Assembly: GCA_029979505.1 (NCBI GenBank)
Contig: JAPOHH010000003.1
Location: forward strand, 8,635-72,634
Length of the DNA stretch: 64,000 bases
Direction: 5' to 3'
Source: a bacterium
Lineage (GTDB): Bacteria > Pseudomonadota > Gammaproteobacteria > GCA-002705445 > GCA-002716945
Shown: positions 1 through 11,616 of the stretch, piece after piece
How the letters are laid out: every line of letters begins with the position of its first letter
Numbering within the stretch: the stretch's first letter is position 1
Notes under the pieces: model-generated
The model's input: the letters and a program-made list of their open reading frames with translations, nothing else
The model's database searches: none
What the model was told of the DNA's origin: nothing
Position numbers and translations under genes: made by a program

Positions 1-11
1 AGGGTATATTA

Positions 12-1223
12 TCAAGCTTTCTTATAATATTGACTTTTGTAGAACATCATAAGACCGAAAACAAAGAAAATGCTTATACTTAAAATCCCTAACCTAGCAT
101 CATTTGAAGCATAAGTTACTATTCCAACTAAAAGTGGTCCTATAAGTGCAGCAAATTTACCTAGCATATTATAAATACCAAAGTATTCAGCATGCTTATC
201 ATTTGGTATAAGCCTTGCATAGTATGATCTGCTCAAAGCTTGAATACCTCCTTGTACAAATCCTATTAAAGAGGCTATCAGATAAAATTCGTAGATACTT
301 GTTAACGAATACGAGAGAAAAGTAATGATTAAATATATTATGAGACAACCAGATATTGTAATTTCAGTAGACGATAACTCAGATACTTTATTAATTATGA
401 GAGTACCTGGAAAAGCAACAAACTGAGTTACTAATAATGCAACAAGTAAATCAAAGTTAGTAAATCCGAGTATTAATCCATAATTTATTGCCATTCTGAT
501 TATAGTGTCTACGCCATCAATATATATCCAATATGCAATTAAAAAGAAAAATATAGGTTTGTTAAATCTAATCTCTTTAAAAGTATCTAAAATGTTTGTC
601 GTTTGTATATTTTTTTTAGGCTTTTCAGTCCAATACATCATAAGTGGAATCATAAATAATAACCACCATAAAGCTGCAAATATAAATGATATTTTATTTG
701 ATGAAATTAATTCTATAGAGGAATCAGAATTAAAATATAAAAATACTAGGGTAAATACAAAAGCGAGACCCCCTCCTAGGTAACCCAGCGCATATCCCAT
801 TGATGATATTTTATTATAATTATGAGAATTAAAATTTAATAACATGGAATCATAAAATACATTTGACATCATAAAGCCTAGTAGTGAAATAGAGAAAAAT
901 ATCGATGCCATCACATAACTATCCTTAGAAATAAATGACAATACTAATGTAGAGAAAATACTTAAGCATGCAAAAATAAGTAAGAATAATTTTTTGTTTG
1001 AAAATTTATCAGCTAAAAGTCCAAATATTGGCGCAATAAATATTAATATTAAGCTTGCTGAAGAGTTTGATAATCCAAGATATAAAGTTCTTTCTGATGA
1101 TGTAATAGATTTTGCAAAATATTCAGCGAATATAATAGGAAAAAATCCTGCGAGTACTATAGTTGCATAAGCTGAATTAGCCCAATCATAAAGTATCCAA
1201 CTATAATATTTTTTAGAGTTCAA
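12..1223 (-). CDS. MFS transporter, UMF1/Atg22-like family
   Basis: N-terminal SW.LYDWANSAY motif, ~12 hydrophobic segments, GGIQALSRS and EYFGIYNMLGKFAALIGP motifs; TTG start 10 nt after tRNA-Ser. Confidence 0.85.
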   Translation of the reverse strand: MNSKKYYSWILYDWANSAYATIVLAGFFPIIFAEYFAKSITSSERTLYLGLSNSSASLILIFIAPIFGLLADKFSNKKLFLLIFACLSIFSTLVLSFISKDSYVMASIFFSISLLGFMMSNVFYDSMLLNFNSHNYNKISSMGYALGYLGGGLAFVFTLVFLYFNSDSSIELISSNKISFIFAALWWLLFMIPLMMYWTEKPKKNIQTTNILDTFKEIRFNKPIFFFLIAYWIYIDGVDTIIRMAINYGLILGFTNFDLLVALLVTQFVAFPGTLIINKVSELSSTEITISGCLIIYLIITFLSYSLTSIYEFYLIASLIGFVQGGIQALSRSYYARLIPNDKHAEYFGIYNMLGKFAALIGPLLVGIVTYASNDARLGILSISIFFVFGLMMFYKSQYYKKA

Positions 1224-1233
1224 AATCTTTTTT

Positions 1234-1320
1234 AGGAGACGGTGGGATTCGAACCCACGAGAGCTTTGACACCCTAACGGTTTTCAAGACCGGCCCATTC
1301 AACCACTCTGGCACGTCTCC
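1234..1320 (-). tRNA. tRNA-Ser (anticodon TGA), CCA not encoded
   Basis: Reverse complement GGAGACG...CCGGT-CTTGAAA-ACCGT, long variable arm, GTGGG-TTCGAAT-CCCAC T-arm, acceptor CGTCTCC; 87 nt. Confidence 0.97.
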
Positions 1321-1330
1321 GTAAGTCGCT

Positions 1331-1360
1331 ATTATAGATGAAAAGTAATGACTATTACAA
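1331..1360 (-). promoter_or_regulatory. Putative sigma70 promoter for tRNA-Ser
   Basis: TTGTAA-18 nt-TATAAT on the minus strand, -10 box 10 nt upstream of the tRNA 5' end. Confidence 0.55.
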
Positions 1361-2605
1361 TTCAATGGTCTTAAAATCTAAATATTTATGAAGAACGGCA
1401 GGAATATTGATTTTATTTCCATCAAAATAATTTTCGACTAGACTAGCGAGTGTTCTGCCAACTGCTAATCCAGAACCATTCAGTGTATGAACAAATTTTT
1501 TCTTATTGTTCTCTTTATATTTCATATTTAGTCTTCGAGCTTGGAAGTCGCCAAAATTACTACATGATGATATTTCTCGATACTTATTTTGGCTAGGAAA
1601 CCAAACCTCGATATCGTATGTTTTTTGTGATGAAAATCCTAAATCTCCTGTACACAGTTCTACTAACTGATACGGCAACTCCAGGTCGTCTAATACAGAT
1701 TTTGCCTGGTTAGTAATGGCATCTAATGCTTGATCTGAGTTATCAGGGTGGACGATTTGAACGAGTTCTATTTTCTCAAACTGATGCTGTCTTATTATAC
1801 CTTTTGTGTCGAGACCATAAGAGCCTGCTTCTGACCTAAAGCAAGGTGTATGTGCTGTCATTAATATAGGAAGTTCGTTAGTAGACAGAATCATATCTCT
1901 ATATATATTTGTCAATGGAACCTCAGCTGTTGGAATTAAATATAAGTTCGAATTAGAGAGTTTAAATAAATCCTCTTCAAATTTAGGTAATTGTCCAGTG
2001 CCAGTAAGACTTTTAGCATTGCAAATATATGGAACATTATATTCAATATATGAGTTTTTAATATGTTTATTCAACATAAAACTAATCAAAGCTCTATGTA
2101 AAGATGCAAGCTTGCCTTTAAAAACAACAAAACGTGATTGTGTTATTTTTACTGCATCTTCGAAACTAATCAGATTTAATGATTCTAAAATATCACCATG
2201 TTCACGATTATTATCTACTTGAGGATTAAATGTTTTCTCAATAATCTTATTATCGTTCTCATTATGTCCAATAGGACATGATTGATGAGGTAGATTAGGT
2301 ATTTCTAGAAGATGATTATTTAAAGACGTTTCAACTAATTCTAATGATGATTTTAAACTTTGTACTTCTAAATCTATTTTCTTTGAATCAGACATAAGTT
2401 TTTCTTTTTGCGCATCATTCATAGTTGTTTTGAACGAATCTGATATGATGTTTTTATCACTAGCTAGTTTCTCTTTTTTTTGTATAAGATTTTTTCTCTC
2501 TAATGATTTAGTTTCAATAAATTTTGTATCTAATTCATATCCACGAGTCAATAATTTATTAGCAACGTTGTCTTTATCATTCAGAATATCTTTTAAATCA
2601 AGCAT
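1355..2605 (-). CDS. serS: Serine--tRNA ligase
   Basis: LIPTAEVP, CFRSEAGSYG, RQHQFEKIE, YREISSCSN, HTLNGSGLAVGR class II motifs. Confidence 0.99.
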   Translation of the reverse strand: MLDLKDILNDKDNVANKLLTRGYELDTKFIETKSLERKNLIQKKEKLASDKNIISDSFKTTMNDAQKEKLMSDSKKIDLEVQSLKSSLELVETSLNNHLLEIPNLPHQSCPIGHNENDNKIIEKTFNPQVDNNREHGDILESLNLISFEDAVKITQSRFVVFKGKLASLHRALISFMLNKHIKNSYIEYNVPYICNAKSLTGTGQLPKFEEDLFKLSNSNLYLIPTAEVPLTNIYRDMILSTNELPILMTAHTPCFRSEAGSYGLDTKGIIRQHQFEKIELVQIVHPDNSDQALDAITNQAKSVLDDLELPYQLVELCTGDLGFSSQKTYDIEVWFPSQNKYREISSCSNFGDFQARRLNMKYKENNKKKFVHTLNGSGLAVGRTLASLVENYFDGNKINIPAVLHKYLDFKTIEL

Positions 2606-2608
2606 AAA

Positions 2609-4810
2609 TTATAATATTTCCCTGTTACCGTTACTTTGAGGTTCGGATAGGATGCCTTTTGCTTCCATTGCTTCAATTAAATTTGCAGCTCGATTATAAC
2701 CAATTTTTAGTTTTCTTTGCAAAAAAGATATTGATGTTTTTTTAGTATCTTTAACAATACTCACTGCTTCATTATAGAGTTCATCAGATGTTTCGTTGAT
2801 TTCATCTTGATTATCTACTTCATCGTTACTATCCAAAAGGATAGATTCGATCTCATTATTACGTTTCTGCTCCCTCAGAAAATCAGTAACTTTTGTTATT
2901 TCTAAATCACTAACAAATGCACCATGTATTCTTTGAAGTACATTGGTACCTGACCCTCTAAATAACATATCTCCTAAACCCAAAAGCTGTTCAGCTCCCA
3001 TAGAATCAAGTATTGTTCTTGAGTCAATATTCGATGAGACCTTAAGTCCAATTCTTGTTGGAATATTAGCTTTAATAAGTCCTGTTATCACATTAACCGA
3101 TGGTCTTTGTGTAGCCAAGATTAAATGAATACCCGCAGCACGTGCTTTTTGAGCTAAACGAGTAATTAAATCCTCTACTTTTTTTCCAACTGTTTGCATC
3201 ATATCTGCAAATTCATCAACAACAACAACTATATAAGGTAGCTTTTCATGGAATCTTTCATTATTTCCCTCTGTTGGACCATAGACAGCTTTATTGCCGT
3301 CATTCATATTTTTCATAATTTGTTTGTTGTATGACTCGATATTTCTAACATTAAGGTCCATCATAAATCTATATCGACGCTCCATTTCTTGTACACACCA
3401 ATGTAAAACACTTTTGGCTTCATTCATGTCTGTTACTACAGGATGCAATAAATGTGGTAAACCCTCGTATGTACTGAGCTCAAGCATTTTCGGATCAATC
3501 ATTAAAAATTTTAGATTTTCTATATCATTTTTATACAGCAAACTTACAATCATTGAGTGGACAGCAACTGATTTGCCTGACCCAGTGGTTCCAGCAACCA
3601 ACAAGTGTGGTAGTTTATGTAAATCAACACATACTGGCTTTCCTTGGATGTCTTTTCCTAAAGCCATCGTGAGTGAAGCTTTGGAATTTTCAAATTCTTT
3701 CGAACTAATTATGTCTTTAAGTGAAACAGTTTCCCGATCATCATTTGGTATTTCAATTCCAATGTGAGCTGTCCCTGGAACTGTTTCAACAACTCGTAAA
3801 CTTGGAACTGTCATAGTTCTTGCTAAATCTTTACTTATAGTACTAATGGTAGCTGCTTTTGTTCCAGCTACAGGTTCAATTTCAAACAACGTTACTATAG
3901 GACCAGGCTTAACTGCCTTAACTTTTGCTTTTATTCCATAATGTTCTAGGTTTTGTTCTAACATTTCAGACATCAACTTTAAAGATTCTTCATCATGATT
4001 AATAATTTCTGAATTATGCTTTTCAAGAAATTCTAGTAAAGGTAATTTGTTATTTTCCGAAAATAATGTTTGTTGTTTTTCTTTAAAAGCTCTTTTGCTT
4101 TCAGTTGATTTTGGCTTAATAATTTCTACTTCAGCAATACTTATTTTTTTCTTAGTTATATTGTCATTATTAATTTTCTTTTGCTTAAATAATTGAATTC
4201 GTAAGTTCATTTTTTCATAAAAACTCAAGACTTTATATTTTGTTTTTAGATAAATATAGGTAAGGATTTTTTTAAATCTGTTATATGTGTTAATTACAGA
4301 TATGTCGAAATAATAAACAAATGAATATAATAAAGTTACAAGAGATGCTACAACAGAGCCATATATACCAATATAGCTTGAGAGATAGTGCAAGGATATA
4401 TGACCAAGATATCCACCTGTGCCTGGTAAAATAAAATCAGAATTAACTGAAATACTTGTAAATATTAACAAGACAAGAAATAAGTTTTTATATGAAAAGT
4501 TTGTACCACGAGAACGGATGATTGTATATCGCTCAAGAACTAAATAAATCAATAGAGCTATTAAAAAGTATGATGTCTTGCCGAATATCATGAATGTCAT
4601 ATGGGAAATATATGATCCAAAAATACCAATGTAGTTATTTATCGTCTCTTCGAGACCGGTTTTAAAAAAATTAGGATCAGACGGATCGTATGAAATAATT
4701 GAAAGAGTAAAAAGTAGTGTAAAAATTAGAAAAAAGAAATTAAATATCTCTTTAGGCAAATAATTCAATTTGGTTTTAGTAAATTTTTTATTTCTTTTTA
4801 ATTGAGCCAA
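2609..4810 (-). CDS. ftsK: DNA translocase FtsK
   Basis: N-terminal TM domain, Walker A GTTGSGKS, ATQRPSV, C-terminal gamma domain LQRKLKIGYNRAA; TTG start preceded by GAGGT. Confidence 0.98.
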   Translation of the reverse strand: MAQLKRNKKFTKTKLNYLPKEIFNFFFLIFTLLFTLSIISYDPSDPNFFKTGLEETINNYIGIFGSYISHMTFMIFGKTSYFLIALLIYLVLERYTIIRSRGTNFSYKNLFLVLLIFTSISVNSDFILPGTGGYLGHISLHYLSSYIGIYGSVVASLVTLLYSFVYYFDISVINTYNRFKKILTYIYLKTKYKVLSFYEKMNLRIQLFKQKKINNDNITKKKISIAEVEIIKPKSTESKRAFKEKQQTLFSENNKLPLLEFLEKHNSEIINHDEESLKLMSEMLEQNLEHYGIKAKVKAVKPGPIVTLFEIEPVAGTKAATISTISKDLARTMTVPSLRVVETVPGTAHIGIEIPNDDRETVSLKDIISSKEFENSKASLTMALGKDIQGKPVCVDLHKLPHLLVAGTTGSGKSVAVHSMIVSLLYKNDIENLKFLMIDPKMLELSTYEGLPHLLHPVVTDMNEAKSVLHWCVQEMERRYRFMMDLNVRNIESYNKQIMKNMNDGNKAVYGPTEGNNERFHEKLPYIVVVVDEFADMMQTVGKKVEDLITRLAQKARAAGIHLILATQRPSVNVITGLIKANIPTRIGLKVSSNIDSRTILDSMGAEQLLGLGDMLFRGSGTNVLQRIHGAFVSDLEITKVTDFLREQKRNNEIESILLDSNDEVDNQDEINETSDELYNEAVSIVKDTKKTSISFLQRKLKIGYNRAANLIEAMEAKGILSEPQSNGNREIL

Positions 4811-4916
4811 ATAAACCTCATTTCAATAAGAATTATACAAATTTTTGTAAGAAATATATACATATATAATGTAAACAAATTATTGTGTATAATACACAGG
4901 TCAAATATACAGCTGA

Positions 4917-6033
<1,117 letters not shown>

Positions 6034-6037
<4 letters not shown>

Positions 6038-7440
6038 GACACTGTTTCGTTAATAATATTTTTTATTTCATTGACATCATTATCAGCAATAATCATTCTC
6101 TCTTCCTGTTTTTCGAGCATTCTAACTTTTTCAGTAACAAACGAGTCATCAGAAATAATTTCTGATACCGTTTCTTTGAATTTTGCTGGATGGGCTGTGG
6201 ATAATGTTACAAGTATATCTTCAGATGAAGATTGTTTTCTTCCGCATGCAACCCCTACAGCGGTATGCGGATCTAATGTGATATTATATTTTGAATAATA
6301 TTCTAAAATTATTTCTTTTACTTCATCTTCAGAAGCACTGTCTGATGTAAAGTATCTAGATATATATGTTTGACACTCATTTGTTAATGAAAACGTCCCC
6401 TCCTTTTTCAGATTATTCATAATCTTTTTGACATAACTAGAGTCTTTACAAGAGTCATATATTAATCGTTCAAAATTACTTGAAACTTGTATATCTATGC
6501 TGGGAGATGACGTACTTACAACGCTCTTAATTGTATGCTCACCTGATTTTAAAGCAATATCTAATATATTGTTTTCATTAGTTGCAATATTAAGTTTTTT
6601 AAACTTAAGACCCATTCTTTTTGAAATATATCCTGCTAATATATCACCAAAGTTTCCAGTCGGTACCGAATAAACTATGTTTTCACTATTTTCTATCCTA
6701 CTTGCAGAATAAAAATAATATGTAATTTGACACATAATTCTTGCCCAATTTATTGAGTTGATTGCACCTAGATTATTAGATTTTTTGTAATCATCATCAG
6801 AAAATATTTCTTTTATAATTCTTTGACAATCATCAAAGTTACCTTTTACAGCAATATTCACAACATTATCTGAATTTATAGTGGTCATAAATTTACGTTG
6901 TGTAGAAGAGATTAAATTATAAGGATGCAATATGAATACATTTGATGATGGAATATTTTCAAAGCCATATATGGCTGCAGAGCCAGTATCACCAGATGTT
7001 GCACCAAGAATATTGATATTCTTTTTATCTATTTCTAAATAGTATCCCATAAGTCTTCCAATAAATTGCATCGCAATATCTTTAAAAGCATATGTGGGCC
7101 CATAAAATAATTCTAATAGATATTCATTTTTTGAAATTTTATTTACTGGAGTAATATTCTTATTTGTAAAATCTTTATACGATTCCTCAATAATTTCTCT
7201 AATTTTATCGTCTGAGATTGAATCATCAATATATGGTTTAAAAACATGAAAAGCAATTTCTTGATATGACATACTAGCAAACGAATCAATAATAGTTTGA
7301 TTAATTTTTGGCCAATATTCAGGAAGGTATAGACCGCCATCACTAGCTAGTCCCTCAAATATTACATCTTTGAAGAGTAACTCATCTGCATCGCCACGGG
7401 TGCTTATATATTTAATAAACTTATCTTCAGTCATTATCAC
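6034..7440 (-). CDS. thrC: Threonine synthase
   Basis: YISTRG, GPTYAFKD (PLP lysine), ATSGDTG, NSINWAR, VPTGNFG, DPHTAV, TAHPAKF. Confidence 0.98.
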
Positions 7441-8716
7441 AAAAAACTCTGATTAAATTTACTTTTCCATTTATATTATTTAATGATTCTATTTTATTAA
7501 TAGATGACAGTATCTTTTCATGTGAGACAGAGTTAGTTATCATAACTATAGGAATTAGTTTATCTGAATTCAGTGGTTCATGCTGTGTAACTGCCTCAAT
7601 ACTAATTTCATGTGATGCGAGTGTTGATGTAATTTCTGCCATTACCCCAGGAACATCATTAGCGAATATTCTCAAGTAGTATTGTGTTGAGATAGCATTA
7701 ATATCAGTAATACTCCTATTAGAAATTAAGTAATCTTCATTCATTTTTTTATTAGATTCATATTTTTTATAGATACAAAAATCTTTAATATTTGAAATAA
7801 CAGCGGAGGCTGTAGCCTCTCCGCCTGCACCTTGTCCATAAAGTAAAGATGTTCCGAAGCGATTTCCTACTGTTCTTACCGCATTCATTACTCCATCCAC
7901 ATTAGATAAAATATTTGAATTATGGATAAGAACAGGATGAGCTCTACATTCAATAGTTGTATCAGTAGCTTTTGTAAGCGCTACATGTTTTATCGTATAA
8001 CCTAATTCTTTAGCATAATCTATATCCATTCTTTCAATATTTTCAATTCCCTCGATGTACATATTTTTAAATGGTGACTGTATTCTATACGCGAGCATAG
8101 CAAGAATAGATATTTTATGGGCTGCATCAAAGCCTCCAACATCAAAGGTTGGATCTGCTTCTGCATATCCTAATTCTTGAGCCATACTTAGAGCCTCTGA
8201 GAAATCTTTATTATTTGATGACATTTGATCTAGTATATAGTTACATGTGCCGTTGATAATTCCACTGATAGACAAAATATTTTCATTCAGCATGTTATGC
8301 GAAAGAGAATTTATAATGGGTATGGCTCCTGCCACAGCAGCTTCAAAGCCTAGGTAAACATTGTGTTTATTAGAAAGTTTAAATAATTCATCCCCGTGTT
8401 CAGCAATTAAGGCTTTATTGGCAGTAATGACAGATTTATTATTTTGAATTGCTTTTACGACTAACTCTTTTGCTATCTCAACGCCACCAACTAATTCAAT
8501 TATTAAATCACAATCTGATTGAACGACGCTGAGAATGTCAGATGAGAATTGTATGCTGTCACTATCGAATTTTTTCTTTTGAATTGACCTATCTGCAATA
8601 ATAGATATCGCAATTTCTTCATTACAGTTATTAGATATTAAATCTTGATATTTGAGAAAATGACTTACTAAGTTTTTTCCTACCGTACCGTAACCACACA
8701 CACCTATCTTAAACAT
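7427..8716 (-). CDS. hom: Homoserine dehydrogenase with C-terminal ACT domain
   Basis: GYGTVG, TANKA, EAAVAGAIP, GIINGTCNYIL, GYAEADP, GAGGEATASAV. Confidence 0.97.
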   Translation of the reverse strand: MFKIGVCGYGTVGKNLVSHFLKYQDLISNNCNEEIAISIIADRSIQKKKFDSDSIQFSSDILSVVQSDCDLIIELVGGVEIAKELVVKAIQNNKSVITANKALIAEHGDELFKLSNKHNVYLGFEAAVAGAIPIINSLSHNMLNENILSISGIINGTCNYILDQMSSNNKDFSEALSMAQELGYAEADPTFDVGGFDAAHKISILAMLAYRIQSPFKNMYIEGIENIERMDIDYAKELGYTIKHVALTKATDTTIECRAHPVLIHNSNILSNVDGVMNAVRTVGNRFGTSLLYGQGAGGEATASAVISNIKDFCIYKKYESNKKMNEDYLISNRSITDINAISTQYYLRIFANDVPGVMAEITSTLASHEISIEAVTQHEPLNSDKLIPIVMITNSVSHEKILSSINKIESLNNINGKVNLIRVFCDND

Positions 8717-8774
8717 TCAGACTCCTATATAATGTGGATATAATATCATAATAATATCGAATTTCGCTTAGATT

Positions 8775-9137
8775 ATGGAACTAGTTGAAGACAAATATAC
8801 CAATGACTTTAGTATTAACAAATATTCTGATGCTACAATTGTGATTAGTAATTTCTCATACAAAAAACCCATCATTTATAATCAAAAAGAAATAATTCTG
8901 TTTCCTGTTGCAAGTTCTAAATTAATACAACTGAAAGATATAGAAAAATATCTAGATGTCATTGATATGATTCTGATAGGGACAGGAACAGAGGTAGTTT
9001 TACCTGATCAAGACTTTATTAGAGTTCTTCACGAAAAAAATAAAGGTTTAGAGTTCATGAATACAAAATCTGCATGTAAAACTCATAATTTATTGCTATC
9101 AGAGAATCGCTCATTTATATCAATATTCTATCCATAA
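8775..9137 (+). CDS. Mth938-like (DUF498) domain protein
   Basis: ILIGTG and EFMNTKSACKTHNLLLSENR motifs; usual neighbour of hom. Confidence 0.85.
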   Translation: MELVEDKYTNDFSINKYSDATIVISNFSYKKPIIYNQKEIILFPVASSKLIQLKDIEKYLDVIDMILIGTGTEVVLPDQDFIRVLHEKNKGLEFMNTKSACKTHNLLLSENRSFISIFYP

Positions 9138-9677
9138 AATTAATATTATAATTATAAATACAAAAAGTAATAAGTATTTATTTACTAATTTAAGTATAGA
9201 TTCGCCATAGTTATTACATATGAACGCAACCAAAAAGAATCTTGCAGAGCGGCCGATAATTGATATTAATATGAAAAGAAGGATATTATAACTCATTACT
9301 CCAGCACTAATGGTAAACACCTTATATGGTATTGGTGTAAATGCAGATATAAATAAAAAAATAATTCCGTATGATTCAAATAGGCTTTTAGCAGTTATAA
9401 AATCATTGTACTTATTAAACTGATGGAGGAAAGGTTCAATGAAATCAAATAAATAAAATCCAAGGTAATAGCCAAAAACACCTCCTAATACTGACCATAA
9501 TGAAGCTGTTATTGTAATATCTATCCAGTTATGCTTCTTAGACAGGACCATAGGAGCAAGCAATGTATCAGTAGGAATTGGGAAAAATATTGATTCAAAA
9601 AAGCTTAGCACTCTTAGATACATAACTGAGCTTTTCGAGCCACATTTATTAATAATTATAGAAATAATATTACTCAT
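9120..9677 (-). CDS. yqaA: YqaA/DedA (SNARE-associated) family membrane protein
   Basis: SFFESIFFPIPTD, SVLGGVFGY, FTPIPYKVFTI, GRSARFF; follows pcm. Confidence 0.9.
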   Translation of the reverse strand: MSNIISIIINKCGSKSSVMYLRVLSFFESIFFPIPTDTLLAPMVLSKKHNWIDITITASLWSVLGGVFGYYLGFYLFDFIEPFLHQFNKYNDFITAKSLFESYGIIFLFISAFTPIPYKVFTISAGVMSYNILLFILISIIGRSARFFLVAFICNNYGESILKLVNKYLLLFVFIIIILILWIEY

Positions 9678-10341
9678 TTGTTTCTATGCCTTGAAGTAGT
9701 GGGACAAAAACAACATCTTCGATAATTTTTTTTATGATACCGTTTTTGGTATTTTTAAGTTTAACTAATTTCTGACCTTCATTATCTTTTAATGGAAGAA
9801 CAATTCTTCCTTTATTTGAAATTTGTTTAATAAGATTTTCAGGAATACTGTCAGCAGCAGCAGTAATAATAACAGCATCATAAGGACTGTTTTGTAAATA
9901 ACCCATGTGGCCATCACCTAAAATAAATGAAATATTTTTAAAGCCTAATTGTAATAATTTCTTTTTTGATTTTTCATGAAGTAAAGTTATTCTCTCAATT
10001 GTAGTAACCTTTTTGAATAGCATTGATAATATAGATGTTTGATATCCTGATCCTGTTCCAATCTCAAGTACATTTTTCATCGAGTCTTTCTCATGAATAA
10101 GTTCAGTCATTCTTGCAACCATATATGGCTGGGATATAGTTTGATTAAACCCTATTGGAAGAGACACATTTTCATATGCTCTATTAGCCAATGCTGTATC
10201 TATAAAAAGATGTCTTGGCATATTAGAAATAAGGTTTATAACTTCAGAGTTTTTGATACCTAGTTTTTTTAGTTCATCAATAAGTTTTTTTCTACTTGCA
10301 TGTGAAGTAAGGCCTGAGCCTAGTATTTTATCTATATTCAT
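9670..10341 (-). CDS. pcm: Protein-L-isoaspartate O-methyltransferase
   Basis: PRHLF, QTISQPYMVARM, VLEIGTGSGYQ, PYDAVIITAA, FVPL. Confidence 0.97.
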   Translation of the reverse strand: MNIDKILGSGLTSHASRKKLIDELKKLGIKNSEVINLISNMPRHLFIDTALANRAYENVSLPIGFNQTISQPYMVARMTELIHEKDSMKNVLEIGTGSGYQTSILSMLFKKVTTIERITLLHEKSKKKLLQLGFKNISFILGDGHMGYLQNSPYDAVIITAAADSIPENLIKQISNKGRIVLPLKDNEGQKLVKLKNTKNGIIKKIIEDVVFVPLLQGIETNE

Positions 10342-10346
10342 ATTAA

Positions 10347-11069
10347 TTATTTTATCTTTTTGTAGGTGTCGTTATCAGTCATATCAATCATAAGTGGTGT
10401 AATTGAAACAAAACCTTTACTAACAGCATCAAAGTCACATCCTGAGGAAATAAGTCCTTTACCGACTTTTCCTATATTATAAAATGATTTTTCACCTTTA
10501 AGTATTGGTATAGCCCTCTTAGATATTTCTCTTCTGCCTTGTTTCGTAATTTTAATACCCTTTATTTTATTCATCGGAAGATCTGGTATATTAATATTGA
10601 GAATTGATTTATATTTTAGTAGGTTTTTAAAAATATAATCAATTATGTTGGCCAATTTATTATCCAAGTCCTTCAAATATTTTGGCTCTTTAGAGGTTAT
10701 TGATATTGCTACACTTCCATATCTAGAATGTCTACCTTCTATAGCAGCTCCTAAAGTGCCAGAGTAAATTACATCATCACCTAGATTTGAACCCAAATTT
10801 ACTCCACTAAAAACTATATCAGGATATTTTTTAAGAATTCCCCTAGTGGCAATATGCACGCAATCTGCTGGACTCCCATAAACCTTATAGTAGTTTTTCG
10901 ATATTTTATCTATACGAACTGGATTATGTACGCTTAGACTACTGCTTGAAGCACTAATATCTTTATGTGGTGCAACTGTTAATACGTTGCCATATTTTTG
11001 CAACACAGCCTGCAGCGTCATCAATCCTAATGATTTATATCCATCATCATTGGATAACAAAATATTCAC
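10347..11069 (-). CDS. surE: 5'/3'-nucleotidase SurE
   Basis: ILLSNDDG, GSPADC, SGVNLGSN, YSGT; start re-assigned to the GTG at 11069, which has a GGAG Shine-Dalgarno. Confidence 0.95.
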   Translation of the reverse strand: MNILLSNDDGYKSLGLMTLQAVLQKYGNVLTVAPHKDISASSSSLSVHNPVRIDKISKNYYKVYGSPADCVHIATRGILKKYPDIVFSGVNLGSNLGDDVIYSGTLGAAIEGRHSRYGSVAISITSKEPKYLKDLDNKLANIIDYIFKNLLKYKSILNINIPDLPMNKIKGIKITKQGRREISKRAIPILKGEKSFYNIGKVGKGLISSGCDFDAVSKGFVSITPLMIDMTDNDTYKKIK

Positions 11070-11121
11070 AAACACTCCATATATAGATATGATTAAAGTA
11101 CATAGTATAGCTTTATCACCA

Positions 11122-11616
11122 ATGAAAAAAGACAAAAGAATAAAAGAATTAGATGATTGGCTGAAAAAATCAACAGAAAAAGATTTTACTTCCCAAGATA
11201 AGACTCCCTTAAAGGAGTATAATTCTGAAATATTTGATTACGATTTTGATGAAATTGTATTAATTGATAATAACCCAGGTAAATTTGAATACAGAAGAAA
11301 TGGTGTGCAAGAATATGTCCTCAATAAACTTAAGAAAAAGAAATTATCAGAAATTTTTTATATCATTGATCTTCATGGCGATACAGTAAAAGAAGCAATA
11401 CTTAAACTTGATGATTTTTTTACAGATTCTTATATGAATAATATTGAGTATATTTGTGTGATATGCGGCAAAGGAATGAATAGTATGGACAAGATACCTA
11501 AGATAAAAATTACAACACAAGCATATATAAAAAAATCAACAATAGTTAATGCAGCATGCACTGCTGACGATAAGGATGGGGGTATAGGTGTTATAAAAGT
11601 AAAACTAAAAAATTAA
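11122..11616 (+). CDS. Smr domain endonuclease (SmrA/SmrB-like)
   Basis: IDLHG and ICGKG Smr motifs, DGGIG near C-terminus; start re-assigned to ATG 11122 to avoid overlap with surE. Confidence 0.85.
   Translation: MKKDKRIKELDDWLKKSTEKDFTSQDKTPLKEYNSEIFDYDFDEIVLIDNNPGKFEYRRNGVQEYVLNKLKKKKLSEIFYIIDLHGDTVKEAILKLDDFFTDSYMNNIEYICVICGKGMNSMDKIPKIKITTQAYIKKSTIVNAACTADDKDGGIGVIKVKLKN

Noticed and set aside
1234-1320. tRNA with TGA in the anticodon loop and a long variable arm as a possible selenocysteine or suppressor tRNA
   Set aside because: Anticodon TGA reads UCA (Ser); tRNA-Sec has anticodon TCA and an 8-bp acceptor stem. This is an ordinary tRNA-Ser next to serS.
10987-11135. Apparent head-to-head overlap of surE and smr, and similar long overlaps for scpA/trpS, rluD/bamD and murD/mraY
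   Set aside because: Artefacts of longest-ORF start selection; downstream starts match the family N-termini and remove the overlaps.
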